A stretch of DNA of 64,000 bases, from contig JAAOMT010000349.1 in the NCBI GenBank assembly GCA_016748015.1, forward strand, positions 2,812 to 66,811. The letters are read 5' to 3'. Below the pieces are notes generated by a model, which saw only the letters and a list, made by a program, of their open reading frames with translations, searched no databases and was not told the DNA's origin. The stretch comes from Geosiphon pyriformis uo1. Lineage: Eukaryota; Fungi; Glomeromycota. Below are positions 48,918-62,754 of the stretch, piece after piece. How positions within the stretch are numbered: position 1 is the stretch's first letter; each line of letters starts with the position of its first letter. The position numbers and the translations under genes were made by a program.

Positions 48918-50879
48918 ATGGAACTGGTGGGCTTTGCTGCTGGTGGTTCTGAGTCCATTTCGGCTGGATTGGGGATCTGGTCTGGTGTCAAAAATAAGCG
49001 TTCAGTTGGTCCTCAATCTTGCGGTGCATCCTATAAGAAGCCGAAGAAACCTGTGGCGGTTGACGGTTTGGTGGAGTCGTCTGCTGGTGTCTCGAATGTT
49101 ATGGATGAGAGTGATGACGGACCTAATATTGGGCGATCGTGGGCTAGCGAGGTTAACAGTGAAGTGGACAGCGTAAGTGGCGTCTTAGACTTGGATAACT
49201 TGGAAAATGTCGTCGCTAAGGAAACTAGCTATGCAGAGTTGGATGTTTCAGATTTGGACGACGACATGAACAATGCCATGCCAAGGAAGACATGTACCCG
49301 CACTTATGTTCTGAACAGTAAGCTGCTACCTCTCTCTTTCAACGTGCTAAGTAATGGTGAAGACACTCTGCCTCTTCTGAGTCCTAAATTTTGTGAGTCC
49401 AATCACTTTCCTCCAGTCGGGTCACGTGCTCCAGAGAAACGGAGTTTTATTTTGTCAAAATTGTTTGCATTGGATATTGAGCTATCTGCTATTCCTGGCA
49501 AAACTATTGGTGATAAGTTGGTTTGTGTGAAAAAAATTTTTTATCAGGTTGATGGTTTTGGGGGGGCTTCGACTCCCTCAAAATTTCCTGGAATAATAAG
49601 ATCATCATTTACATCTGAGAAAAGTTTGTTTAAGGTGAGGGAAATGGCAATCAGTGAAAAAATATTGGTAAATGATAATCTAAAAAAAGTAAACAGCCAT
49701 TCAAATTGGAAGGTGATCATCAAGGAAATCTCAGTAGATCTTCCCAAATCGGCAATTGAGGCAGTGTTTTTCAAGTTTGGCAAGATTGTTTCAATTAAAG
49801 TGCAGCTTATTGGTCTTTGGCAAAAGGCCCTGGTGGAATATGAATCATCTGAAATGGCTGATTTGGTCGCAGCTAGATAGTCTGTGCTCATGGGAAAGGA
49901 TTCTGTCCGCATGGCAAAGGCAAATATTGATAAACAAATATGGGTATCAAGGAATCAGCATTAGGCTTTGCTCTATACTCTTCCAGTTGGCACCAATGCT
50001 CATGATCTCTCCAGTTTGTTGGAATCTTATGGTGAGAAGACTTGTTATATCGGCCGTAACCCTAGTTCATATGTTTGTGATAGATGTGCTGTAATTTGTT
50101 TTGGTAATAAGGCATCCAAGTTGGCTGCTATTGGTACCATTCCAGTTTTCAGAAATGTGAGTTTGCATTGGGCTGGTCTTTCTTTGGCCAGTTGTGCTCA
50201 TTGTAAACAATTCAGTCATGTTTCAGTCAACTGTTCCTTGGGTGAGTATTCTGGTGTTCGAAAAAAGAGGGTGGTTTCTGAGCAAGATCGGGTTCGTCTA
50301 GCTGGGATATATAAGAGGAAGTCGGCCCTTGTCGCTCGTTCAGTTTCTTTTGGTGGAAAGATGTGGGCCCAAGTGGCAGGCCGTTCTCCCTCTTGTGTTG
50401 TCTTTTTGGGTGCTCCTAGTGTCAGTTTGGTCTCTGGTTCAAAGGCTTTCTCAATGGATTCCTTCTCGTCTGGTGCCACTGATCTAGGTGGTCGCCTAGT
50501 TGTGCTGGAACGCTCCGTGGAAATTCTCACAGACCAAGTTTCACTTATTTTAAAGAAATTAAGTTTCATTGACTTGGTGCCATTGGCACCTTTTCTCTCA
50601 GCTCTTCTTTTGGTGTCTCCAACTGCCGTTGTTTCAGATATGAACTCAGGTTTGGGTTTGGATTTGGATAGCACGTTGTTGTCATCTACCTCTTCTTCTC
50701 CCAATGTTGGTGGGTTGGTTGTTGATTTCAGTCCGAGCAGTTCTAAGGTTTTGACTGCCAAGATTGGCAGTTTGGAGTCGAATATGATGACTCTTGAGGC
50801 TTCAGTTCACTTGGTCTTGGATAGATTGGATCATCTGCGTTCTGGATCGGATTTGTTGGTTTTTCCTCCATCTCAATAA
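48918..50879 (+). pseudogene. LINE ORF1 (RRM-like regions, CCHC zinc knuckle, coiled coil) with two premature TAGs
   Basis: ORFs 48912-49880 and 49968-50879 are in the same frame, with stops at 49878 and 49962. Knuckle CAHCKQFSHVSVNC. Confidence 0.88.
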
Positions 50880-53800
50880 GTAGTTTGGTTTGGAAATTTG
50901 CTACGTGCAACATTCGGGGTATCAATGTTCCTGTGAAGCAAGCGGATGTTGTTTGTTGGCATGTGAGCTCGGGAAATATGGTTTTTTTTATCACTGAGAC
51001 TAAGTTGAGATCCTCTTCTGGACTGTGGATAAAGGATAAATTTGATGGAGTGCAAATATTTTCTTCTGGCTTGGATAAGGGTTTCATGGGTGCTGGGGTT
51101 GCAATTGTTATGAACACTTCTTTGGCCTGTCATGTATCTAAGGTGAAGGAGATTCCTGGTCAGGTTATTTCTGTTCGACTCCTGTTTAAGGGCAAGCTTT
51201 CAGTTACTGTTTTGGGATTGTATGCTGGTGCCTCCTTTGGGGCTAAATTTGGTCAGGCTTCTGAAGTTAACACCCTCATTGCAAAGGCAGTTAACTCCAG
51301 CAATTTTGTTATCTTGGGTGAGGACCTTAATGAGAATGGATCTGGTAGAAGTGCTAGTTTCAAGTTTTGTTTGAGTTTAGGTTTGGTCAATTTATTTGTT
51401 GGTCATCATTTGGCTAATTCTTATACGTGGAGCAATTTGAGAGGGGTTGGGAAAACAATTGATTACATTTTTGTTGGTAGTAATTTGTTTACTGCTGTTG
51501 CTGGCCATCAAGTTGTCTCTGTTTCAGATTTCTTTGACACTGATCACAAGGCTGTTGTAGTTTCAGTCAGTTTGGGTGGACTTTTAGATGTACAATTGAA
51601 CAGTTTGTGCAAGCAGGCAAATAAAAATTGTTGGAAGTTCAAAATCAAGAATGCTGACTGTGTTGGATGGGCTAAGTTTAAGGATCTCTCATCAGCTAAA
51701 CTTTTGTCTTTGGGTAAGGTGTTCTCTAGTGCCGAAATATGTGGTGATGTGGATGCTATGTGGACAGTTTTGGTGGGAGCTGTGGTGGATTCTGCTGATG
51801 TGACATTTTTGAGGCATTGGTTTAGTGAATTCAAGTGTTCGAAAAACAAACATTTTTCTAGGTTTTTTGGTCTGGAATTGTTGGTGGCCAAGATTGTCAA
51901 GAAATTTTGCTCTGGTGACTTGCTGGGCACTGATTGTCTTGTGAGTAAATGGTCGACTCTGGATGACACAAAGGCTCGTGCTTTCAAGGACTTGGTTGGC
52001 TCAGATGTTAAATCTGATATTGTTGTTAGGCATTTGTCATTGGTTTGCAGAGATTACAGGAGGTCGAAGATATTTGAGTCAAGGTTGGCTGAGGAAGCTT
52101 TGGTTAGGAAGACAATTGAGAAGCACATGGATAATTTCTGTTTGGATAAGGGTAGTATGATCAGGAGTGTGTTGGAAAAGTCTTTTTGCAAGGTTGTGTT
52201 GGATCACTTGATAGTTGATGATGATCTGGTTTTGTTGCCTGAAGAGGTGAAGTCCAGTGTGGATAGAATAATGGAGGGGTGGACAAGGAAATGCTCTGTG
52301 CAGTCAGTGCTTCTTGGTCTTTGGGCTCATTAGTACGCGCCTTTGGACTATGTTCAGGATGATGCTTTTTCAGGTGTTATGAGTGCAATCAGTATGGGCG
52401 AGTTACTTTCTGTTGTTGGTGGTCTTCTTGATGGCAAGACTGCTGGTTTGTCTGGTGTTCCTAATGAGTTATGGAAACATGGTAGTGAGGTGGTTTTGGG
52501 GTGCCTGTTGGCGCTGTTTAATAAATGTTTGTCTGGTGGTGTGGTGCCTGTTTTGTGGAAGAGGGCTTGGGTGTCAATGATTCCTAAGCCTTATGACTGG
52601 GATGGAGTTCTTACGAACACTCGGCCCATTGCTTTGATTGAGACTGCCAGGAAGATTCTTTCCAAGATTCTGTCTGACCATATTTCAATGGCTTGTAGCA
52701 AGTTCAATGTTCTTCAGAATGACAACTTTTCGGTGCTGAAAGGTACGTCAATACAATCTCCAGTGTTTGCTGTCGGTTCGGTAATTAAGAATGCCATTGA
52801 GAAGGATAGGGAGTTATGGTTGGTCTTGCAAAATATGCGGAAAGCTTACGATTCAGTTGGATGGCATCATTTAAGAGCTAGTTTGTGGCGTGTCAAGATG
52901 TGTAAGAGGTTCATAAAGTTTTTTGGTGGTATTCATGAGGATAGAGTTAATAGGGTGATGACTGACTTTGGTTTGTCTGGTAGTTATAAGGTGCATGATG
53001 GGCTGGACCAGGGTGAGGTCTTTTCACCACTTCTTTGGAGAATTTTTTACGATCCGTTTTTGTGTGAGATTAAAAGGCATGAACAATTGTGTGAGTACCG
53101 GATTGATACTAAGTTTGTTTCAAAATCTGGCAGAATTGAGGGCAGTGGTGGTTTGACATCGTATTTTTCGGCTGGTGCGTTTGTCGATAATATAATCTGG
53201 GTTGGAAATTGTCAGGCTTCTACTCAGTATGCTCTGAACATTGCCAGTGAATTTTTTGTGATCAATGATATTTCTATTAATAGTGAGAAGATGATAGCTA
53301 TTCCCATCAATCAGGGCATTAAAGTTGCTTCACTGAACATTTGTGGTCAGCCAATTTCTATTGCCAAGAAAGGGGAAGCACATCGATATCTGGGTATTTT
53401 TCTGTCGACTGAAAAGCTCTCCAAGCCGAGTGTTGCCAAGGCTCATGCGGATGTACGTTTTTTCGTCAATGTTGTGCTTAGAAAGGCTATTACAGACAAA
53501 CAATTCTCCTATCTGGTGTCGGCTGTTTTGCAGCCTATTGTTAGCTATCGTACTCAGTTCAGTTTTGTCTTATCTAATGTTTGTCACAAGTGGGATGCCT
53601 TGGTTAGAAAGAGTCTTAGGTTCAAGACTTGTCTCCCTCATGATTTTCCTGATGCTGCTTTGCATCATCTCTCATTGTATGGCCTAAAGCCTTTTGAGCA
53701 GGTGCAGTCAGAAGGGAAGGTTGCTGCTTTGATGGTGTTCTCTAATGCCTTTGGCATTCTTGGGCATTTGTTTAAACATAGGTTTTTGGACCTACAGGTT

Positions 53801-55562
53801 CTTGGTTGGGCTTCTTTGGATCCTTTGCAGTTTCCAGTCAGGTTGCATGTTAGTCCGGTGAACAAATTTTTTGGCTGGAATGGTGAAGATCTTTCTGAGC
53901 AATGAGCTTACTTTGGTGAACAACCTCCCCACTGTATTTTGTAGTCCTGGTCGGTTTCTGTTGTCCTCTGTTCTTGGAAAGTCTCTGTATTTTGATTCGG
54001 TCAAATCTCTTAAACGTTTTGGTGTCGTTTTTGGTGATCGGCTTTTTGATAAGAAAGGTGTTTTGTTGGATTGGAAAACTTTTCGTCGTTGGAAGAGGTT
54101 GGATCCGCGTGGCCCTGTGCTTCACTGGTTCATGGTTTCTTCTGAGTTTTTGAAAGGTCAGGGTTACTCACTTTCTGGTTCTGTTGGCTTTGCGGAAAAG
54201 CTTGGTTTGGACATTTTGGGGTCTGGGGAATTTTCTGCGGTTAAAGATGGATTGCATGACATTTGGTCAGGCTTTTTTGAAGTTTTCACGGATGGGTCTT
54301 TGAGGAATGCAGGCTCTGCTGAGGTCGTCTGTGGTGCTGCTGCATACTTTTCGGTCTTGGATAAGAGCATTGGTGTCGCTGTTTGTGGTTTTTTGTTATC
54401 TACTATGGCCGAGTTACAGGCTGTCACTTTGGCTTTGGAGTGTGTTCCTTCTTCAAGTACTGTGATGTTACGTCTTGACAGCCAGGCTGCCATTGATGCA
54501 TGTATGTCTGAGATGTCTTTGATTGCCTCTGATTTCCGTAATCAATGCTGGCTGGAAAGGCATCATATTTTCAATTTGGTCAGGGATAAGGATCTCAGCG
54601 TAAGTTGGGTTAAGATGAAAAGACACTCTGGTATTCTTGGTAATGTGAGAGCTGACTTGGCTGCTGGGGCTGCCTCTGGGTCTCCCTTTTTCTTTTGTGC
54701 TGATGTGCATGAACATTTTTTGGTTGCTGAGAGTATCACTGTTTCTGGTAATGCCCATCATTTTGTTAGGAATAATTTTTGATCAATTTGTCATGCTCGT
54801 TGGGAAGCTGGGCCTGGTTATGATGTAGTTCTGGATGCAATAATTGGTTGCATAGACTGGGTTGTCACAGCGAAGGTGTGGCATTCTGATTCTTATATGC
54901 TTGCTGGATTCACTAGTCGCACATCCTCAACGCTTTGCACTTATGTTATGAAGACTGTGCACAGGAGGTTGCCGGTGGCAGTAAGGAAGAGGTTGTATGA
55001 TAAGTGCTACCCTAGTGTGTTGTGTTTGTTTTGTGGTGAGGTGGAGTTCTCTGACCACGTTTTTACTTGTGTTCATGAGTCTGGCATTCGTGGTGAGATT
55101 TTGGCAGAGGCTTCTGCCCGCTGGTCAGCTTTGGCTGGTGGTTCCTCTGCTTCTGCTGTGTTGTGGGTTTTGTTTCAATGTTCCATTGATGTTGGGCTGT
55201 ACACTTTGGTGTGCAAAGGGTTTGTGCTGGAGGAGTGGTATGAGGAGGCTTGCGATGTTTTTGAGGATAGAAAGATGGCCACTGCTCAGATTGTTGATTA
55301 TGTTAGGTTCGTTGTTGGATTACATTGTACTAAAGTATGGTTGGCTAGAGCCAGCCACCAGGTGGTGATGGAGAAGGCTGGTCTGGTCTGTGACGTTGGT
55401 GTTGTTTCTGGGCTTCATTGTGGTGTGTCTTCGGTTTTGTCTGACGGTGTTGTGAGATTGCTTGGTTTGGCCAATTCCTTTGCTGTTAGCTTTGGTTGTC
55501 GGAAGCCTTATTGTTTCTTTTCTGGTCTGGGTGGCAGTGTGTGGGTGGTTATAGATGTGTAG
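50876..55562 (+). pseudogene. LINE ORF2: AP endonuclease, reverse transcriptase, RNase H, C-terminal Cys/His finger; disabled
   Basis: APE motifs TCNIRG, ITETK, GEDLN, IDYIF, DTDH. RT motifs RPIALI, QNMRKAYD, GLDQGEVFSP, FVDN, YLG. RNase H motifs FTDGS, AELQA, LDSQA, HSG..GN.RAD. Finger CLFCGEVEFSDHVFTC. Lesions: TAG at 52331, frameshift ~53865-53871, TGA at 54780. Confidence 0.93.
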
Positions 55563-56499
55563 TATTGCCTTGTCTGGTCTGAGTGGCTAGCCACATGTAG
55601 AAAGTGCGTGAGTCGCATTTAGTTTGAGCCTCTTAGTTTGGTTCTATGTACTAGATAGTGATTGGGCTGTACTCATTAAATGGGTTAAATAAATAAATTA
55701 CTTGTTTTTACTATAATATTTCTTACAAAAAAAAATTTAACTATTCTAAACATTATAAAAAATAAGATAAAATTTTATGTTTTATTTGTAAAAAAAACTT
55801 TATTTAATAAATGCAAATAAATTAACAATTAAAAATAAAATTTTATGTAATATTACATATTAATATATTATTTTTATTATAAATAGACACTAAAAAACAT
55901 TTTTTTAATTGTTGTTTATAATTAAATTTATTTAATTATAAACACTATTTTTATAATAATAAAAATTAATAAATAAAATTTTATTTGATTTATTATAAGT
56001 TTTAAAAAAAACTGAAATAATAATTAATAAATCTTAGTATTAAATTATATATTTTTTGTCTTATATTTTGTTATTTTAAATATTATAATAATTATAATTT
56101 TGTATTCAATTTAATTTTTTATATTTTATATTTAATTTTTAAATTAGAAAAACTTATTATTAAATCTAAAATATTTTGGATTTATATTTTTATTAAAATA
56201 ATTTTAAAATAGTTTTAAAAAATCTTACAAATACAATAATATAATAAGTTTTTGTCTTGTTAATTTTTTGCTCATAGTAAAATTTTTATAACTTGAAAAA
56301 AAGTTAAATTCATTTTTCTTTTTTCTATTTTTTTTCTTAATTATTTTTTTTGACACAAATTTATTTGTAATTATAAAGCTAATTAACAGTTTAATTAGAG
56401 TGGCAAACATTAACAAAAATAGAGTAAAGCATTATTTTGGTACAAAAAAAACCAAAACATATATATTTATATACTTAAGAATTCTAACAAAAAATCTAA

Positions 56500-59400
56500 T
56501 AACTTATTATTAAATCAAATATTATAAATTTATTAGCAAATTTTTTGCTTATAGATGTGTTAAAAAATAATAATATAAATACATGTGTTTTTAGAACAAT
56601 AAAATTGAAAATAAGAAAGATAGTATTAATAAAATATTTAATATTAAGAATTTGAAAAATATAATAATAAAAAAAATCAGTTTTATTAATATTAATAACT
56701 TTAATAATAATAAGTATATAAATAAAACTATACTTAAAAACATATATGTTTAAATTTACAAATTGAAAAAACCAATTAAAAAATTGTTTTATAATTTTTT
56801 ATATAATGATAAAATTTTTAATCTCGTATTTTTGCTGGTTTTATTTTGTTATCTAATATTTTGGTCAAAAAAAAAATGTTTTAATTTGGTCAAATTTTTT
56901 GTTTTAGATATTAACTTTATGACAGTATTTAATAAAACATTAAATAAAAAACTTAAAAATATTATAATTATTTTTTCAAAATTTCAGAATATTATTTAAT
57001 TAATATTTATTTTAAAGTCTAGTTTAAAAATAGCTAAAATACTGATTATTAATAAAAAAATTCTGGTTAATACTGATTTAAAAAAAATTAATATTAGATT
57101 AAATTAAAAAATTATTATTAAAAAAATCTTAATTGATTGCTTAAATTGGCATTAAAATTAATACTATTTAAGTTTAATAAGATTAACATAATTAAAATAC
57201 AGTTAATTATCTTTGACAAAAGACATTATTTAAGTTTAAGAATATTAAATTTACTAATTTGATTATTTCTAAATAATTAATTTTGTTAAGTAAAAACTTT
57301 ATATGTATAATTAAAGCCAATAATAACAAACAAACATAAAACTTAAAAGACTATTATTGTGTTTTTTTATATATACTATTAATAAATATTACTATTTATA
57401 ATCTTTTAAATTTTTGTTATTATATAATAAAAAAACTTGTTTTATTTTTCATAACTCAGTTTTTTATATATATATATATATTATATTGTTATGTGTTTTG
57501 ATTCTGCTATTGCCAAAAATGCTGTTATTTATTTAATTTCAGTTTTCAAAAATATAAGCTTAAATTAATTTAATTTGTTAATTTCAAAATACACTAAATA
57601 TAGAAAAAGTTGTATATTTTTAGTTAAAATAAAACTCTATTTTTTAAGTTTAATAAAAACTATTTTATGTATATTTATATTAAAAAAAAAATTTTGTATT
57701 TTGTCTGATTTTTTTAATAATATAACTTAGACTTTTATAGTAAATAATAAGATAAAGAATTTTTTATTTATAATCTTTCTTTAATAAAAAATTTAGCCAA
57801 TATGTTTACTAATAGTTTAATAAAAATAGTTTTAAATTCTTATTTAAAAATTCTAACATATTTTTTAGAGCTTTTTATAGATTATGTTTTAAAGATTTTT
57901 TGTAAATTAAATAGCTTTTGTTTTTTATTCTTATTTTTAAGTGCTAATAAATTACTTTTACAAGATATTAATACAGAATTTATTATAATTATTGACAAAT
58001 TATTGCCAACTAATTTAGTTTTACCTAATATAAAGCACATTTCTTCAAATTTTTTTTTTAGTTCCAAAATTTTAATTATTAAAATTAATGGCTTAAAAAT
58101 TAATATTATAATTTTAGAAAATTTAATTAAATCTATTAAAAAAACTTAATTCTTTTTATTTGAATAAAAATTTGATTTTTTTTATCTAATAATTACTTAA
58201 TCTAAAAAATAGTTATATATAATATTAAAGACATATATGTTTTTGTTAAGCATAATATTATTATTAAGTAATATAAGAGTTTAAATAATAATATTTCAAT
58301 TTTTATAAAAATTAAGCTTTGCTTAAGTATTAAATTTTAGATTGTTAATAAATTTGATAATATAAAAATGTTTACTTTAAAACTGAAATCAGGTTTTTGG
58401 AATGTTAATATTATAGTTATTATAAATAAATATTTAGTTAAGTATGTTTTTAAGTTTTTAAAAGTTTTTAATAAATTTTTATTGATTTATTTGTTATTTA
58501 AAAACAAGTAATTAGTTATAGTATTAAAACTATATATTAATGTATTACTAAAAAAGTGATAAAATTAAATACTTATTATTATTTTATTTATATTTAAAAT
58601 ATTTAATAAAAGTATTTTTATTAGTTTGGAAAATAATTTTAATAAAAATAATACTAAATACAATATCAATTTTAGAAAATGCTTGAATTTTGGTTTGGTT
58701 AATTTGTTTTATAAATTTTTGTAAATTTTATAAAATTATTAATTTTATTTTGGTATTACTGTTTTTATATAATGCTATATTAATTTATAATATAATTAAT
58801 ATACAGAAATTTTTTTCAATAAATTATTATGCTATTTGTGTTTTAATAAGATTGAAAAGTCTTTTAATATTGTATTTTACTACAAATTAGATGTTTTTAA
58901 GATTTAGTTTAATAAAATATTATATGTAAAAACTCTTGTTTTTTTCAATTTTCAAGTTTAAAACTTTAAGTTTCTAAGTTACTTAAATATTTAGTTTTAA
59001 TTTTGAATGTAAATTTTAATTAATTTAAAGTTTAATATTATTAGTTTAATTTTTTGTAAAATTAGAAAAGTATATTAAGCCGAAAAGCTTCAAGAATCTT
59101 ATAAAATTAAATTAGATAAGATTAATTTAACTATTAACAAATATATAAAAAACTTTATTAATAACAAAATTACATAATATATATAATATACTAAAATATT
59201 TATTTTACAAAATGGTATTAGATTATTTAATAATTAATAATAAATTTATTTTGGTTTTTAATAAAGTTAAATTATTAGTAAATTTTATTATATAAAGATA
59301 AACCAAAAAATAAATTGTTTTTAATAGAACTTTTTTGTTATAATAACAGCAATATAATCTTTTAAAATATGCAAATAACTTTGTTTTTTTTAGAATAATA

Positions 59401-60600
59401 GATTAAATTTCATAAAAAAACTTTTAGTAATAGACAAATTACTTTTAAAAAAGCAAAACAACTAAACTTTCTAGTATTTTAAATAAATTTTGACAGTATT
59501 ATTATAAAAATATTTTAAGTTTATTTTTGATTTTGCTGAATTTTTGTTTGGTTTTAAAATTAGTATTTATTCAATAAAAATACATATAAATCTTAATAAT
59601 TTTTAAATTTTATGATTGAAATAAAGTTTTAACTAATACTTGTTTTATAACTTTAATTAAAACAGTTTATTAGATTTTATTTCTAATAACTTCTTGATTC
59701 TTAAAAATACTTTAACTTTATTATCAATTTTTACTATTAATTAGTAGTTTTTTTTTAATTAAAGTTTTTTTAAAAAACATATTAAAATTAATTTTAGTAT
59801 TGTTTTTACTTTTTTTAAGAATTTTAAAGCTTTTAATAATAAACTAGTTAACAAATTGGTTTTTTTGCTTTTAATATTACTATTATTACTACTATTACTA
59901 TTTTATAAATAACTAAAAAAAGTAAAAACTTTAAAAAACAACAATAATTATTTGTATTTGCTATTATTATACTAAATTTTTTGGTAATTTTAAATAAATT
60001 TTTGTATAAGATTTCTTTAATAATATTAATTTTTTTTTAATATAAACAATAATAATAATAATAATATGTTTTTTAAAATAAACCAAAATTAATTACTAAT
60101 TGTGTTTTTAAATATAATTTTTATTAGCAAATTATTATAAGTATTATTAAAAATTTTTTGTCCTATTTTTTTAATATTATTAATACTATTTTATTATTAA
60201 TTTTGTTATTTATAGAAATTAATAAATTTTTAATAAGTTAATTTCTTTTTTATAGTATTTTTTTATACTTTAAATTGTGTTTATTGTTAAGTTTATAATA
60301 AAAAAACCAATTTAATGCCAAATATTTTATATAATTACTTTGTAATAAAAGTTAATTTTTTTACAATATCTTGTTTATAAAGTTTTTAATAGTGTATAGT
60401 TATTTTGTTGTAAAAATTAACTTTTTACAGAAAATTTTGACTGTAAACTACTTAATAATATAAAAATTTAAAAAAATTTAAAAAATAATAAAATATATTT
60501 GGAAAAATTGTTTTTAATTTAGGCTTAAAAGCATTAAAAATTGTTAAAATTAATAGTTAATAAATTTTAAAATAAGTTTTATTTAAATTAATTTGTAACA
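56500..60600 (+). mobile_element. Extremely A/T-converted ghost of a LINE related to 48793-55700
   Basis: Collinear relics. tcaaattttttgttttagatattaac (~56890) matches tcaaaattgtttgcattggatattgag (~49455). ORF1/2 junction: tatctaataattacttaatctaaaaaatagttatatataatatt (~58183) matches catctcaataagtagtttggtttggaaatttgctacgtgcaacatt. RT: ttttatgattgaaataaagttttaactaatact (~59608) matches ccttatgactgggatggagttcttacgaacact. Confidence 0.8.
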
Positions 60601-60949
60601 ATTTTTTAAACTAAAATTAATTTAAAAAAAAATAATTCTAATTAAGATACATTTTTTTAAAAAAAACTCTTTTTTTATACAATTTATTTTATAATTAACA
60701 CTTTTTTTTCTAATATTTTAGTAAACTAAAAATATATTTTATTAAATTGCAAGCTATTTTTATAAATTATTGATTATTTTAATAAACTGTTAAGTATTTT
60801 ATTAAATTACTAAATATTTTAGTAAATTTTTTATGTTATATAATTTAAAGTATTGTATAATTTAATTATTATATTTAGATATATATATATTCTGTATAAA
60901 TTAAATTATTAATTAAATAATAATTTGAATAATTTAATAAGATAATAAG

Positions 60950-62300
60950 TAATAATTTAAAACAATAATATATGTTAATTAATAATTTATTTTCTACTAA
61001 TAACATCAGTTTTTAAAGCAAAATATTAAGTTAATTAAATAAATACTAAATTAATCTTTTGTTTTCTGTTTTTTAGTATTGTTTCTAATAATATCTGTAA
61101 AATAATTTTTAGTTTTTAAAAAATTTTGCTTCTAAGATTAAATTAATTTTAGTTAACTTTTTATTTTATTTGTTGTTTGGCTTTATTGGACTCAAGTTTG
61201 TTTTAAAAAACAATATTAAATTGTTTTATATAAATTTTGCTTTTAAGATTTTTTTAATTACTGTTATTAAAATTGTTGTTAATGATTTTTTTTCTTGATC
61301 ATACTTAAAATTATGAAATCTTTTGTAATAAATTTTGGTTTTTTATTTTTATTGTACTTTATAATATTTTTTTTAAAATATTTTTTATTAATATTAAAAT
61401 ATTTTTAGCATTTTTAGTATTATTGTTTTTGTTAAATTAAAGTCTGTTAACTTGTAATAATATGTTATTATTTATTTTATGACATTTTTTTTATTGCTGT
61501 TATTCTTGATAACTAGTTTGTATTGATGTTATTTTTGGTGACTAGTTTGTATTGATTAAAAAAACAGTATTAAATTTTTTTCTTAGTTAATTAAAAAAAA
61601 TTATTATCTTAAAAAATATTTTTAATACCAAATTAGTTAATTTTTTTTTGGTATACTATTTTTAAGATTAGTAATTTTGTTTTTAAAATTAGTAATCATA
61701 CTTATTTTATTCTTTGTATTTTTAATTTTTAATTTTGTTAATGCTTAGTGTTGTAATTTTTAATTTATTAAAGATTTTAAATTTAATTATTTTTAAAATT
61801 AATATTTTGTGCAAATAGTATTTGATAAAAAATTTTTGAATATTATTATTATTATAAGTATTAGAATTTAAATTATTTTATTTGTAAATTGTAAAATGTT
61901 TTTACTTTTTTTTTTAAGTTTTTTTACAAAATTATCTTTTATTAACTCAAAATTTTATGCTAAAGTTGCTGTTTTTTTGGTTTTTTTATTGTTGTGCTTT
62001 TGTTTTTTTGTTGTTTTATTTGTAATAAATTCTATAATTAAATTAAAACTAAACTTTTTAAAATTTCAGATTTTAAATCTGACTATTCTAATTAAACTTG
62101 TTATTAAACCAATTGGTTTTTTGGTTACTTTAGTTATTTTTCTTTTAATTAAGAATATGCACAAAAATTTTAAAATAAAAAAAACTTATTTATTATGTTA
62201 AATATTTTTTAAAACTTTATTAATCTTTTAGTTATGTATTTAAAAACTTTTTTAATTTTAAAACTAAAATAAAATTTAGTAATCTAAATGTTGATAAAAA
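60950..62300 (+). mobile_element. Extremely A/T-converted ghost related to the ORF1-only element at 45458-47650
   Basis: gttttaaaaaacaatattaaattgttttatataaattttgctt (~61200) matches gtattaaaagacaatatgaagctgttttgtgtggaatttgctt. ttattaaaccaattggttttttggtt (~62101) matches ttgttaaaccagttggtttcttggtc. Confidence 0.75.
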
Positions 62301-62754
62301 TGATACTGTTAAAACATTTTTTTTAAACAATAATATTATTATAATTCAGAAAAAACAATACTTTTATACAAAAAATTACAACACATATTATAAAAATTAG
62401 TATTAAAATTATATAAAAAAAACTAAATATTAAAGTTAATTTAACAAATATTAACTGGCAACAAGAAAATAAAAAATTAACAATTAGCTTAATTATAATA
62501 CAATTTAATTGAAAATTTAAATTAAATACAAAAAAATTTTAATAAACTAAAAAATACCAATAAAAATTAAAAATTAACATATATAATCTGATAACAGATT
62601 TTATTATGCTCTAAAATTTTTATACACTCTTATTTATACAGTTTAATATTTTAAATTTATAATTATTATCCAAAAATAATTATTAAAAAATATAAATAAT
62701 TAATTTATATTTGATTATATTGATTATAATTACAAATATTATTAATAATATATT

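Larger units (their letters stand above)
48793..55700 (+). mobile_element. Near full-length non-LTR retrotransposon (LINE) with ORF1 and ORF2 (APE-RT-RNase H-Zn finger)
   Basis: Sharp GC-rich island, pyrimidine-rich 5' UTR, two ORFs and a (TAAA)n tail at ~55687-55700. No clear TSD. Confidence 0.95.

Noticed and set aside
49544-55368. Numerous antisense and alternate-frame ORFs within the LINE
   Set aside because: By-products of the GC-richer, strand-skewed coding sequence of ORF1/ORF2.
48770-55740. Target-site duplication around the LINE
   Set aside because: Both flanks are A/T-rich low complexity, and no unique direct repeat could be identified.
40547-62201. Ile/Leu/Lys/Phe/Asn-rich ORFs in AT-rich zones (e.g. 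40547, 43892, 56225, 57802, 58690, 61896)
   Set aside because: Compositional artefacts of A/T-converted TE ghosts. They are not mitochondrial or host genes.
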